From assembly GCA_018715695.1 (NCBI GenBank), contig DVLB01000027.1, positions 6,728-70,727 of the forward strand: 64,000 nt of DNA, written 5' to 3'. Shown piece by piece: positions 18,567 to 27,837 of the stretch; within the stretch, counting starts at the first letter, position 1; every line of letters starts with the position of its first letter. The notes below the pieces were generated by a model that was not told the origin of the DNA, made no database searches, and was given only the letters and a program-made list of their open reading frames with translations. The DNA is from Candidatus Galloscillospira stercoripullorum. GTDB lineage: Bacteria > Bacillota > Clostridia > Oscillospirales > Oscillospiraceae. A program made the position numbers and the translations under genes.

Positions 18567-18759
18567 CCCCAGCGGGGCACGCCCTGCCGGGGACCCCATT
18601 TTTCATTTGCCCGGGGCAAATGAATTGCCCCGGACCAAGGTTTTGGGCCTGTGGCCCAAAACGCTTGTACGGCGCGCCGCGCCGCCCCATCCAAGATGGG
18701 GCCCCGACGTCCTTCCCCCAAACGCTGGAGAAGATCGCCGGGGCCTCTTACTTCTTACA
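18567..18759 (+). repeat. Hairpin-mosaic repeat, family B, inserted at the asnS 3' end
   Basis: It shares the core GGGGACCCC...(stem)AAATGAATT(stem)...CAAGGTTTTG(stem)N3(stem)CAAAACGCTTG with 37813..37954 and with the reverse complement of 27710..27837. It is flanked by 40-nt copies of the asnS end at 18527-18566 and 18760-18799. Confidence 0.85.
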
Positions 18760-20154
18760 TTAGAAATCCGCGTTGCCCACCGTTCTGGGGTGGGGAAGGA
18801 CGTCGCGGATATTGCCGATGCCGGTGAGGTACATGACCATCCGCTCGAAGCCCAGGCCGAAACCGGCGTGTTTGCAGCCGCCGTAGCGCCGCAGGTCCAG
18901 GTACCACCAGTAATCCTCGGGATTCATACCCAGCTCCTTGATGCGGTTTTCCAGCACACTGAGCCGCTCCTCGCGCTGGGAGCCGCCGATGATCTCCCCG
19001 ATGCCGGGCACCAGGCAGTCGGCAGCGGCCACGGTCTTGCCGTCGTCGTTGAGGCGCATATAGAAGGCCTTGATGTCCTTGGGGTAGTCGGTGACGAAGA
19101 CGGGCTTCTTGAAAATCTGCTCGGTGAGGTAGCGCTCATGCTCAGTCTGCAGGTCGCAGCCCCACTCCACCTTGTACTCGAACTTGTCGTTGTTGGGCTT
19201 GAGCAGCTCGATGGCCTCGGTGTAGCTCACCCGGCCAAAGTCGGAGGATGCCACATGGGTGAGCCGCTCCTTGAGGCCCTTGTCCACGAAGGAGTTGAAG
19301 AAATCCATCTCGTCGGGGCACTTGGCCATGACGGTGTTGATGATGAACTTGATCATCTGCTCGGCCACGTCCATGTCGCCCTGGAGGTCGCAGAAGGCCA
19401 TCTCCGGCTCGATCATCCAGAACTCGGCGGCGTGGCGGGTGGTGTTGGACTTCTCGGCCCGGAAGGTGGGGCCGAAGGTATACACATCCCCGAAGGCCAT
19501 GGCGAAGTTCTCGGCGTTGAGCTGGCCGGAAACGGTCAGGTTGGCACTCTTGCCGAAGAAGTCCTGGCTGTAATCCACGCTGCCGTCCTCGGTGCGGGGC
19601 AGGTTCTCCAGGTCCAGGGTGGTGACCCGGAACATCTCACCGGCGCCCTCGCAGTCGCTGGCGGTGATGATGGGGGTGTGGACGTAGACAAAGCCCCGGT
19701 CCTGGAAGAAAGTGTGGATGGCGTGGGCGGCCACGCTGCGCACCCGGAAGGCGGCGGAGAAGAGGTTGGTGCGGGGCCGCAGGTGAGCGATGGTGCGCAG
19801 GTACTCCACGCTGTGGCGCTTCTTCTGCAGGGGATAGTCAGGGGTGGAGGGGCCCTCCACAGCGATGGAGGCGGCCTTGACCTCCAGAGGCTGCTTGGCC
19901 TCGGGGGTGAGGACCACCGTGCCGGTGACGGACAGGGCGGCGCCCACGTTCTGGGCGGCGATCTCCTTGTAATTGGCCAGCACGCCCGCGTCCATGACGA
20001 TCTGAAGGTTGCGGAAGCAGGAGCCGTCGTTGAGCTCGATAAAGCCGAAGGTCTTCATGTCCCGGATGGTGCGGGCCCAGCCGCAGACGGTGACCGTCTG
20101 CGCGCCAAAGCGCTCCTGGTCGGCGAAAATCTGCGCGATTTTGGTGCGTTCCAA
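18760..20154 (-). CDS. asnS: Asparagine--tRNA ligase
   Basis: 464 aa with an OB anticodon-binding domain and class IIb motifs, ending ...[33 protein letters not shown]. Confidence 0.95.
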   Translation of the reverse strand: MERTKIAQIFADQERFGAQTVTVCGWARTIRDMKTFGFIELNDGSCFRNLQIVMDAGVLANYKEIAAQNVGAALSVTGTVVLTPEAKQPLEVKAASIAVEGPSTPDYPLQKKRHSVEYLRTIAHLRPRTNLFSAAFRVRSVAAHAIHTFFQDRGFVYVHTPIITASDCEGAGEMFRVTTLDLENLPRTEDGSVDYSQDFFGKSANLTVSGQLNAENFAMAFGDVYTFGPTFRAEKSNTTRHAAEFWMIEPEMAFCDLQGDMDVAEQMIKFIINTVMAKCPDEMDFFNSFVDKGLKERLTHVASSDFGRVSYTEAIELLKPNNDKFEYKVEWGCDLQTEHERYLTEQIFKKPVFVTDYPKDIKAFYMRLNDDGKTVAAADCLVPGIGEIIGGSQREERLSVLENRIKELGMNPEDYWWYLDLRRYGGCKHAGFGLGFERMVMYLTGIGNIRDVLPHPRTVGNADF

Positions 20155-20234
20155 AGTGAATCCCCCTTGATCCTCGGTATGTTGTCCCTAAAGTATAGCC
20201 GCTTTCTTCGTATTTTGCAAGGGGGAGCCGTGCA

Positions 20235-20741
20235 TCACCCGATGTAGAGTGGGATCAAAAAGGTCCAGGGTGCGGTGACGATGGCCATGGTGAGGGCCAC
20301 CACGTGCTTTTCGCGCCCGGTGAGCAGGCCGCACCTTCTCATGGCCAGCTTGTCAAAGAAGTAGATGCACACTCCCGCCAGGACCACGCCGGAGAAGATG
20401 AGCATAAACCCGGGGAGGGACCGGAAGGGGTTGAGATAGGCGCCGCTGAAGATCTCGGAAAACCAGGGCAGCGTCTGCTGGGTAAGGCTGGCCAGCAGCC
20501 AGATACCGGTGAGCCAGAGGGTCCCGATGAAGTCGGCGGCGAAGCCCAGCAGCCAGAACCGCCACCAGAGCGTTTTCATGACCCCCTTCTTGTCCCGGTG
20601 GCGGAGGGCCAGCAGCGTGAGGAAGAGCACCAGGCAGTCGATCACAAGGTTGCCGGGGACGACGATGACCCACAGCTGCGGAAAGAAGTAGAGGATCCAG
20701 ACGGGAAAGAGCACATTATAAAGTCTCACATCACGCTTCAC
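20235..20741 (-). CDS. Small polytopic membrane protein (hypothetical), third gene of the LytTR cluster
   Basis: GTG start at 20741 with RBS AAGGAGAG. The 168-aa product has about 5 TM segments and overlaps the upstream gene by 11 nt. Confidence 0.65.
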   Translation of the reverse strand: MKRDVRLYNVLFPVWILYFFPQLWVIVVPGNLVIDCLVLFLTLLALRHRDKKGVMKTLWWRFWLLGFAADFIGTLWLTGIWLLASLTQQTLPWFSEIFSGAYLNPFRSLPGFMLIFSGVVLAGVCIYFFDKLAMRRCGLLTGREKHVVALTMAIVTAPWTFLIPLYIG

Positions 20742-21255
20742 GGTCGTTCTCTCCTTTCTTCTCTCTTTTGGGGACGAGACCCAGCTTTCTCCGCATGGCG
20801 GCCAGCTCCAGGTACCACCCCACCCAGCGGCACAGCCAGATGAGCAGGTAGACCGCCGACAAAAGCCCCAGGTAGATGGCAAGGGGCAAAATCTCCCCCC
20901 AGTTCCACCCGCACAGGACCACCAGTGCGGCAAAAACAGCGGCGGTGGCGGCGAAGTGGGCCAGGGAGCGCAGCACCAGCGCCTTTCCCCCGTCGGCAAA
21001 GGGCAGGGTGGAAAGGCCCACCACCGCCCCCATCAGGAAGTAGAGCAGCAGCTCTGCGGCCAGGGCCAGGGGGACCGAGCCGGTGAGCCGCTCCAGGTCA
21101 TAGCTCACCAGTCGGAAGGGGGTGTGGTTTCCCATGGCGATGAGGCCGCCGCTCACCAGGTCGTTGAAGAGGCCGCCCAGGGGGACGAGAACGGCCACGC
21201 CAATGAGTCCACCCAGAAAAATGCGGATGAGCCACTGTCTGCGTATCTCCGTCAT
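20731..21255 (-). CDS. DUF3021-like membrane protein (partner of the LytTR regulator)
   Basis: Start at MTEIRRQWLIRIFLGG (ATG at 21255). It has four TM segments and sits directly downstream of the LytTR gene. Confidence 0.7.
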   Translation of the reverse strand: MTEIRRQWLIRIFLGGLIGVAVLVPLGGLFNDLVSGGLIAMGNHTPFRLVSYDLERLTGSVPLALAAELLLYFLMGAVVGLSTLPFADGGKALVLRSLAHFAATAAVFAALVVLCGWNWGEILPLAIYLGLLSAVYLLIWLCRWVGWYLELAAMRRKLGLVPKREKKGENDREA

Positions 21256-21269
21256 GCTCTTCCCTCCTC

Positions 21270-21704
21270 TCACAGTCCAAGAGCTTCCTTGATCTTTTTC
21301 ACATACCGCCGGGACACATAGCACACCGTGCCCCCCGCCAGGGTCATTTTGATGGTGCCCGTCAGCTTCAGGTCCAGGGCGGTGACCTTGTGAAGGTTCA
21401 CGATCTCCGACTGGGAGATGCGCACAAAGGTGTGCCGGTCAAGCCGCCCCTCCAGCTCGTAGAGCCGCTCCCTCAGGTCGAACACGCCGCTGGCGGTCTG
21501 GGCCTTGACCCCCTTGTCCTCCCCGTAGCACCGGAGCAGCTCCTCCGCCGGGAGCGGAAAGGCCTCTCCGTCCCGCCAGCCCAGGAGCGTCTCCCCGCCC
21601 TCCAGCCGCCGGGCCAGGGCCTTCACCTCGTCGGTAAGGGCGCCGGCCGTAATGGTCACGGACACGCCCTCACAGCCCGGGTCGATCTGTATCCTGACCT
21701 CCAT
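21270..21704 (-). CDS. LytTR-family DNA-binding protein (no receiver domain)
   Basis: Start at MEVRIQ (ATG at 21704, RBS GGGAGGGGG). The C-terminal segment FVRISQSEIVNLHKV...YVSRRYVKKIK is a LytTR signature. Confidence 0.8.
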   Translation of the reverse strand: MEVRIQIDPGCEGVSVTITAGALTDEVKALARRLEGGETLLGWRDGEAFPLPAEELLRCYGEDKGVKAQTASGVFDLRERLYELEGRLDRHTFVRISQSEIVNLHKVTALDLKLTGTIKMTLAGGTVCYVSRRYVKKIKEALGL

Positions 21705-21797
21705 GCTTCCCCCTCCCTTTCGGTTCCAGTATATAGAAAGTGGGGCCGTCTGTCCACCTGCTTTGGACAAACGGCCCCACCAGCGGGACATTCGGCT

Positions 21798-23885
21798 TTA
21801 CCGCCGCCCTCCGCGGCGCTTGCCCGGCTTGTGCCTGGGCGGCTTGGCCTTGGGCTGCGGCTTGGGTTTGCGCTCCCGAAAGCTCCTGCGCCCCTTGTTC
21901 TCCGGCTCTTGCCTGGGAAGTTCTCCGCCGGGGAGGATGAAGGTGATCTCCCCGCTGGCCGGATCTGCGGCGGCGCACACCACGGCCAGGGCCATGCCGA
22001 AGGAGAACACCTGTCCGGTGTGCTCCCCCCGGAGGGTCATGCGCTCCTCGTCGTGGTGCCAGCGGTCCCCGGGCAGGGCGGACAGGGGCAAAAAGCCCTC
22101 CACGCCGCTCTCCAGGGCCACGAACAGCCCCGACCGGGTCACGCCAGACACCGTCCCCGCCATGGTCTCCCCCACATGGGCGGCCATATACTCGGCCATA
22201 TAGAGCTTCTCGATCTCCCGCTCGGCGTTCTGGGCGGCGATCTCCCGCTGGGAGGACTGCTCTGCGGCCCGGGCCGCGGCGGCGGACAGGCGCTTCTCCC
22301 ATGGCATGGTCCGCCCCTCCCCGGCCTCTCCGTCGGCGATCACCTGGCTCAGGATACGGTGGACCATCAGGTCAGGATAGCGACGGATGGGGCTTGTGAA
22401 GTGGCAGTAATATTTGGCGGCCAGGCCGAAGTGGCCCAGGTTGCGCACGTCATACCGGGCCTTCATCATGGAGCGCAGGACGATGGCGGAGACGACGGGA
22501 GCCTCCGGCTTGCCCCGGACGTCGTCAAGGATCTTCTGGAGGGTAAAGTGGTCAGCTTCCGCAATGGTGTACCCAAAGGGGGCAAGCATGGTCTTGAGGC
22601 CCTCGGCCTTGTCCGTGGAGGGCTTCTCGTGGACCCGGTAGACCGCAGGCTTGCCCAGGTCGCACAGGTGCTTGGCCACCGTCTCATTGGCCAGGAGCAT
22701 GAAAGACTCGATGAGCTTCTCGCTCACCCCCTGCTTCCGGGCCGCTATGTCCACCGGACGGCCGGCCTCGTCGCAGATGATATAGCTCTCGCTGCTCTCG
22801 ATGTCCAGGCTGCCCCGCAGCTGCCGCCGCCGCTCCAGTTTTCCGGCCAGGACCGCCATGTCCCGGAGCATGGGCAGGATATGGGCGTACCGCTCCTCCA
22901 GGTCCCTGTCCTCTCCAGCGAGCAGCGCGTTGCAGTCCGTATAGGTCATGCGCTCGGTGGAGCGGATGACGCTCTTGTGGATGCTGTGGGAGAGGACCGC
23001 CCCGTCCTCCCCGACTGTCATCAGGCAGGAGAGGGTCAGCCGGTCCACGTGGGGGTTGAGGGAGCAGATGCCGTTGGAGAGGGCCTGGGGCAGCATGGGG
23101 ATGACCCGGTCGGCAAAGTAGACCGAGGTGCCCCGCTCAAAGGCCTCGGCGTCCAGAGCCGACTTCTCGGTGACATAGTGGCTCACGTCGGCGATGTGGA
23201 CCCCCAGGACCCACCGGCCCCCGGCGTCCCGGGTGAGGCTCACCGCGTCGTCCAGGTCCTTGGCGCTCTCCCCGTCAATGGTGATGATGGTCTCCTCCCG
23301 CAGGTCCAGCCGAGCGGCGAGGGCGTCGCTCTCCACCTGTCCGGGGGCGCGCTGGGCCTCATCCAGGACGGCGGGCGGAAAGGCCTCGTCGATGTCGTAC
23401 TGGTAGAGGATGGCGGCGGCGGAGGCCTCCCGCGTGCCGTCCCGGCCGAAGGTCTCCCGCAGGGCGCCGGTGGGGGGCAGCTTGGCGGTGCCGTAGCTGC
23501 GCATCTCCACCGCCGCACGCTCTCCGGTGCCCACGCCGTGGAGCTTGCCCAGCACCTTGACGCTCTCGCGCAGCTTGTCCGAGGTGGGCTTGAGCCACAC
23601 CTCCCGCCCCTGGCGGTACAGCACCCCGATCACCGTGCGGTTGGCCCGCTCCAGCACCTTGACCACCCGGGCGGTGGGGCGGCCCTCCCGGCCCGGCGCG
23701 TCCTCCTCCAGCACGGCCTCCACCCTGTCCCCGTCCCAGGCCGCGCCCTCCTCACGGGGCGGCACGAAGAAGTCCTCCTGTCCCGGCACGCCCTCCTCCG
23801 GAATCAGAAAGCCAAAGCCCCGGCCCGTGGCCTGATACCGGCCCTGGAGGCGGGCCTTCCCGTTCTCGCTCTTCTCTTTTGCCAT
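21798..23885 (-). CDS. rnr: Ribonuclease R
   Basis: Cold-shock-like N-terminal domains, an RNB catalytic domain (IDGESAKDLDDA), an S1 domain and a Lys/Arg-rich tail. Confidence 0.93.
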   Translation of the reverse strand: MAKEKSENGKARLQGRYQATGRGFGFLIPEEGVPGQEDFFVPPREEGAAWDGDRVEAVLEEDAPGREGRPTARVVKVLERANRTVIGVLYRQGREVWLKPTSDKLRESVKVLGKLHGVGTGERAAVEMRSYGTAKLPPTGALRETFGRDGTREASAAAILYQYDIDEAFPPAVLDEAQRAPGQVESDALAARLDLREETIITIDGESAKDLDDAVSLTRDAGGRWVLGVHIADVSHYVTEKSALDAEAFERGTSVYFADRVIPMLPQALSNGICSLNPHVDRLTLSCLMTVGEDGAVLSHSIHKSVIRSTERMTYTDCNALLAGEDRDLEERYAHILPMLRDMAVLAGKLERRRQLRGSLDIESSESYIICDEAGRPVDIAARKQGVSEKLIESFMLLANETVAKHLCDLGKPAVYRVHEKPSTDKAEGLKTMLAPFGYTIAEADHFTLQKILDDVRGKPEAPVVSAIVLRSMMKARYDVRNLGHFGLAAKYYCHFTSPIRRYPDLMVHRILSQVIADGEAGEGRTMPWEKRLSAAAARAAEQSSQREIAAQNAEREIEKLYMAEYMAAHVGETMAGTVSGVTRSGLFVALESGVEGFLPLSALPGDRWHHDEERMTLRGEHTGQVFSFGMALAVVCAAADPASGEITFILPGGELPRQEPENKGRRSFRERKPKPQPKAKPPRHKPGKRRGGRR

Positions 23886-23949
23886 ATGCGCTCCTTCTCC
23901 CGCCCTCCGGCGGGGCCGTTTATCCTTAGTATCTCAGTCTCCGGCGGTT

Positions 23950-25392
23950 TTACCAGAAAATATTGCCGCAGGTGCGCCATCCGTCGGTAAGCCGGATCTC
24001 CGTCACCACCTCGTCCGTGGCGGCAAATTCCCCGGTGGCCAGCGTGGCCGCCATCTCAAAGCCGCCCTCCGAGGCCGGGTAGCCCAGCTCCGCCGCCCGT
24101 TCCAGGCTGTCTCCCACCCGCAGGCCGGGCACGGTGGAGTAGGTATCGTCGGTGAGCCGCAGCGTGCAGACGAATTCCCGCTGGGGCCCGCCCTGCTCCC
24201 CGGCGGCCTCCATGAACGCCTCGTACACCGACTGCCCGTCTGCGATCCCCGCCACCCAGTCCTCCGGGTGCTCCCAGTCCAGGCGCACGGTCTGCACCTC
24301 CAGGCCGGGGGCGGTGTAGGTGGTGATGACCCAGGGGGAGGCCAGGTCCGGCCGGGTCTCCAGCAGCCGCTCCTCCCCGCCCCGCGCAAGCTCGGCGCGG
24401 AAATCCTCCGGCAACTCGTCCAGGGCCCGGCCCATGATGTCCAGGCCCAGAACGGTGATCATAGCCCGCTCGGCGTCGGCCGCGCCGGGAGAGCTCGTTC
24501 CGCCGGGATAGTCCCCCTCGTCTATGGAGGTGTCGTAGAAGGTGTCGAAGCGCCAGCCCGCCTCGGTGCGCACCATGGTGATGGGGAAGCGCAGGGCATA
24601 CTCGTACCCCGCCTTCAGCCGCGCCTCGCGCGCCTCCGCGCTCTCTCCCTCCAGGGGGTAGGTATAGGAGTAATAGCCCACCAGATAGAAGCTGATCTCG
24701 TTTTCCGAGCGGTAGAGAAGCTCGAAGGTGTCGGGGAAATACCCATTTTGCCAGTAGCGCCCGCCCTTGCTGGCAGCCACGAAGCACAGCCTGCCGTCCT
24801 TCTCCATATAAATCTTCTGCTCCCCGCCCAGATAGTTGTGCTCCAGGATAAAGGAGTCGGTGAACACCCCGCGGAGCAGGGCGTCGAAGTCCACCCAGTC
24901 CCGGTAGAGGCCCTTGGCGTACAGGTAGGTGTACCCGCCCTCCTCAAAGGACTCATAGGGCTCTGACGGAAAGTCGCCGGGGTACTGCTCAGCATACTCC
25001 ACCCCCGTGGTATCCAGACCGAAGACGTGGACATAGACGCTCCACGCCCGCCGGTAGAGGTCCTGCTGCTCCTCGTCCAGAAAATCGGGAACGGATACGG
25101 CCAGCTCCTCCTGTCCCAGGGGCGGCTGGGCCTGGGTGGGCTGTGGGTCGGTGGAGGGCGTCACTGACGCCGTGGGCACAGGCGAGGGCGTCAATGACGC
25201 ACTGGGCGCGGGGGAGGGCGTCATCGACGCCGTTGGCGCAGGGGAGGGTGTCACCGTTACCGCGGGCGAGGGCGTCACTGACACGCTGGGCGCAGGGGAA
25301 GGCGTCTCCGATGCGGATGGCGCGGGCGTGCATCCGGCCAACAGCAGCACGAGCACAGCGCTCATCGCCCGTTTTCCGATCTTCCGGTCCAT
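23950..25392 (-). CDS. Lipoprotein with a repetitive Pro/Ser/Thr linker (hypothetical)
   Basis: Start at MDRKIGKRAMSAVLVLLLAGC (lipobox LAGC, ATG at 25392). It contains TPSPAPSAS-type 11-aa repeats. Confidence 0.75.
   Translation of the reverse strand: MDRKIGKRAMSAVLVLLLAGCTPAPSASETPSPAPSVSVTPSPAVTVTPSPAPTASMTPSPAPSASLTPSPVPTASVTPSTDPQPTQAQPPLGQEELAVSVPDFLDEEQQDLYRRAWSVYVHVFGLDTTGVEYAEQYPGDFPSEPYESFEEGGYTYLYAKGLYRDWVDFDALLRGVFTDSFILEHNYLGGEQKIYMEKDGRLCFVAASKGGRYWQNGYFPDTFELLYRSENEISFYLVGYYSYTYPLEGESAEAREARLKAGYEYALRFPITMVRTEAGWRFDTFYDTSIDEGDYPGGTSSPGAADAERAMITVLGLDIMGRALDELPEDFRAELARGGEERLLETRPDLASPWVITTYTAPGLEVQTVRLDWEHPEDWVAGIADGQSVYEAFMEAAGEQGGPQREFVCTLRLTDDTYSTVPGLRVGDSLERAAELGYPASEGGFEMAATLATGEFAATDEVVTEIRLTDGWRTCGNIFW
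25150..25335. repeat. Intragenic 33-nt tandem repeats encoding the TPSPAP linker
   Basis: About six GAGGGCGTCANTGACGC..TGGGCGC.GGG units are visible on the plus strand. Confidence 0.75.
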
Positions 25393-25612
25393 CTCTCTTC
25401 TCCTTTCCGGCACAGGGGGCCGCCTGTCTCTTCCAATCTCATTGTACGGGATATTCCCCCTCAAATCAATCCCCCGCCCCCGCGTCCCTTTGCCTTTTTG
25501 ATAAATTTTCAGTTGTCATGGCGGCTCCATTGGTGTATAATGCCTAACATAGCCGCTGAGGCCCCAGCGGGGTCCGGCGCTGTCGCAACCCAAATAGTAA
25601 GGAGTGGAAACG

Positions 25613-27694
25613 ATGATGAGTTATTCCGCGCAAAACATCCGCAACATCTGCCTGCTGGGGCACGGCGGAAACGGAAAGACCTCCCTGGCAGAGAGCATGC
25701 TCTATCTCACCGGCGGGACCGACCGGCTGGGCAAGACCGCCGACGGGAACACCGTTTGTGACTATGATCCCGAGGAGAACCGCCGTCAGATTTCCATCTC
25801 CCTGTCGGTGGCTCCCGTGGAGTATAACGGCAGCAAGATCAACGTGCTGGACACTCCCGGCTACTTCGACTTCACCGGCGAGGTGATGGAGGCCCTTCAG
25901 GTCTCCGACGCCGCCGTCATCGTCTGCTCGGCCAAGGCCGGCATGAGCGTGGGCGCGGAGAAGGCGTGGAAGTACTGCGAGAAGCGTCGCCTCCCCCGCA
26001 TCCTCTACATCTCCAAGACCGACGAGGAAAATTCCGATTATAACGCCGCCTTCAACACCCTGCGCGAGCGCTTCGGCAAGAACATCGCCCCGGTGGTGGC
26101 CCCCATCTGGGATAAGAGCAAGAAGGTCATCGGCATCATCGACGTGCTCCAGAAGCGGGCCTTCGAGATGGGTGAGAAGGGCGAGCGCATCGAGATCGAG
26201 GTGCCCGAGGATAAGCTGAGCGTGCTCGACGAGCTCTATGAGCGGCTCAAGGAGTCGGTGGCCGAGACCAGCGAGGCCTTCATGGACAAGTTCTTCGCCG
26301 GCGAGGACTTCACCTACGCCGAGATGATCCAGGGCCTGCGCCAGGGCGTGAAGGACCTCTCCCTCTTCCCCGTGGTCTGCGGCAGCGCCTACTCTGGCCT
26401 GGGCACCCGCATGCTGCTGGACACCATCGTGGAGCTGCTGCCCAACCCCCTGGAGGGCCAGCCTCTCATGGGCGAGAACGCCGACGGCGAGATCAGCGAG
26501 TTCGTGGCCGCCCCCGGCGCCCTGCCCGCGGCCTATGTGTTCAAGACCGTCTCCGACCAGTACGGCAAGTACTCCTACCTCAAGGTGGTCTCCGGCTCCA
26601 TCAAGCCCGATATGTCCCTGGTCAACCCCCGCACCGGCGCCACCGAGAAGCTGGGTAGACTGTATGTGATGAAGGGCAAAAAGGCCGAGGAGGTCAAGGA
26701 GCTGCAGTGCGGCGACATCGGCGCCGTGGCCAAAATGGACAAACTGCGCACCGGCGACACCCTGTGTGACGCCCGCAAGGTAGTCAAACTGGAGCCCATC
26801 GACTTCCCCGAGCCCTGCTACTCCGTGGCGGTGACCCCCAAGGTCAAGGGCCAGGAGGACAAGATCGCCGCCGGCCTCACCCGTCTCTCTGAGGAAGACC
26901 CCTCCTTCACCTGGGTCAACAATGCCGAGACCCGGCAGATGGTGGTCTCCGGCGCCGGCGACATGCAGATGGACGTGATCGTCTCCCGGCTCAAGAGCCG
27001 CTTCGGCGTGGACGCCGAGCTCTCCGAGCCCCGGGTGGCCTACCGTGAGAAGATCCGCAAGAAGGTGGAGGTCCAGGGCCGCCACAAGAAGCAGACCGGC
27101 GGCCACGGCCAGTTCGGCGACGTGTGGATGCGCTTCGAGCCCGGCGAGAGCGAGGAGCTGGAGTTCTGCGAGGAGGTCGTGGGCGGCGCCGTGCCCAAGA
27201 ACTACTTCCCCGCGGTGGAGAAGGGCATGCGGGAGGCGGTACTCCACGGCGTGCTGGCCGGCTACCCGGTGGTCTACCTGAAGGCCACCCTCTTCGACGG
27301 CTCCTACCACCCGGTGGACTCTTCGGAAATGGCCTTCAAGACCGCTGTACAGCTGGCCTACAAGGCCGGTATGCCCCAGGCCAACCCCGTGCTGCTGGAG
27401 CCCATCGGCGAGCTGAAGGTCACCATTCCCGACAGCTACATGGGCGACATCATCGGCGACCTCAACAAGCGCCGGGGCCGCGTTATGGGCATGAACCCCG
27501 ACCACGAGGGCAACCAGGTGGTGGAGGCCGAGGTGCCCATGGCCGAGATGAGCCGCTACGCCATCGACCTGCGGTCCATGACCCAGGGCCGGGGCTCCTT
27601 CACCTTCCACTTCGTCCGCTACGAGGACGCCACCCCCGCCGCCCAGGAAAAGGCCATCGCTGCGGCCAAGGCCATGCAGGACGAGGAAGGCTGA
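25613..27694 (+). CDS. Elongation factor G family GTPase (EF-G paralog)
   Basis: G1 GHGGNGKTS, DTPGYFDF and NKxD-equivalent motifs plus domains II-V. AAGGAG lies 8 nt before the ATG at 25613. It is not in the canonical rpsL-rpsG-fusA context. Confidence 0.88.
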   Translation: MMSYSAQNIRNICLLGHGGNGKTSLAESMLYLTGGTDRLGKTADGNTVCDYDPEENRRQISISLSVAPVEYNGSKINVLDTPGYFDFTGEVMEALQVSDAAVIVCSAKAGMSVGAEKAWKYCEKRRLPRILYISKTDEENSDYNAAFNTLRERFGKNIAPVVAPIWDKSKKVIGIIDVLQKRAFEMGEKGERIEIEVPEDKLSVLDELYERLKESVAETSEAFMDKFFAGEDFTYAEMIQGLRQGVKDLSLFPVVCGSAYSGLGTRMLLDTIVELLPNPLEGQPLMGENADGEISEFVAAPGALPAAYVFKTVSDQYGKYSYLKVVSGSIKPDMSLVNPRTGATEKLGRLYVMKGKKAEEVKELQCGDIGAVAKMDKLRTGDTLCDARKVVKLEPIDFPEPCYSVAVTPKVKGQEDKIAAGLTRLSEEDPSFTWVNNAETRQMVVSGAGDMQMDVIVSRLKSRFGVDAELSEPRVAYREKIRKKVEVQGRHKKQTGGHGQFGDVWMRFEPGESEELEFCEEVVGGAVPKNYFPAVEKGMREAVLHGVLAGYPVVYLKATLFDGSYHPVDSSEMAFKTAVQLAYKAGMPQANPVLLEPIGELKVTIPDSYMGDIIGDLNKRRGRVMGMNPDHEGNQVVEAEVPMAEMSRYAIDLRSMTQGRGSFTFHFVRYEDATPAAQEKAIAAAKAMQDEEG

Positions 27695-27709
27695 GGCTCC
27701 TCCCCCCTC

Positions 27710-27837
27710 GGCTGACGCCGCAGGTGCGGCGTCCCAAGCGTTTTGCCGCCAGGCAAAACCTTGATGCCGGGCGGATTCATTCCGCCCGAGCAGATCAAGT
27801 GCGGGGTCCCCAAAAAGCCTCCGCTTTTTGGGGCGCG
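27710..27837 (-). repeat. Hairpin-mosaic repeat, family B, inserted just after the EF-G stop codon
   Basis: Its reverse complement carries the family-B core (GGGGACCCC...GGGCGGAATGAATCCGCCC...CAAGGTTTTGCCTGGCGGCAAAACGCTTG). It is flanked by about 60-nt copies of the EF-G end at 27650-27709 and 27838-27896. Confidence 0.85.

Noticed and set aside
18527-18721. A 64-aa minus-strand ORF ending in [11 protein letters not shown], as a separate gene or an asnS pseudogene.
   Set aside because: Only its last 12 codons are asnS-like and the rest is read through the family-B repeat. It is interpreted as the displaced ancestral gene end (see findings).
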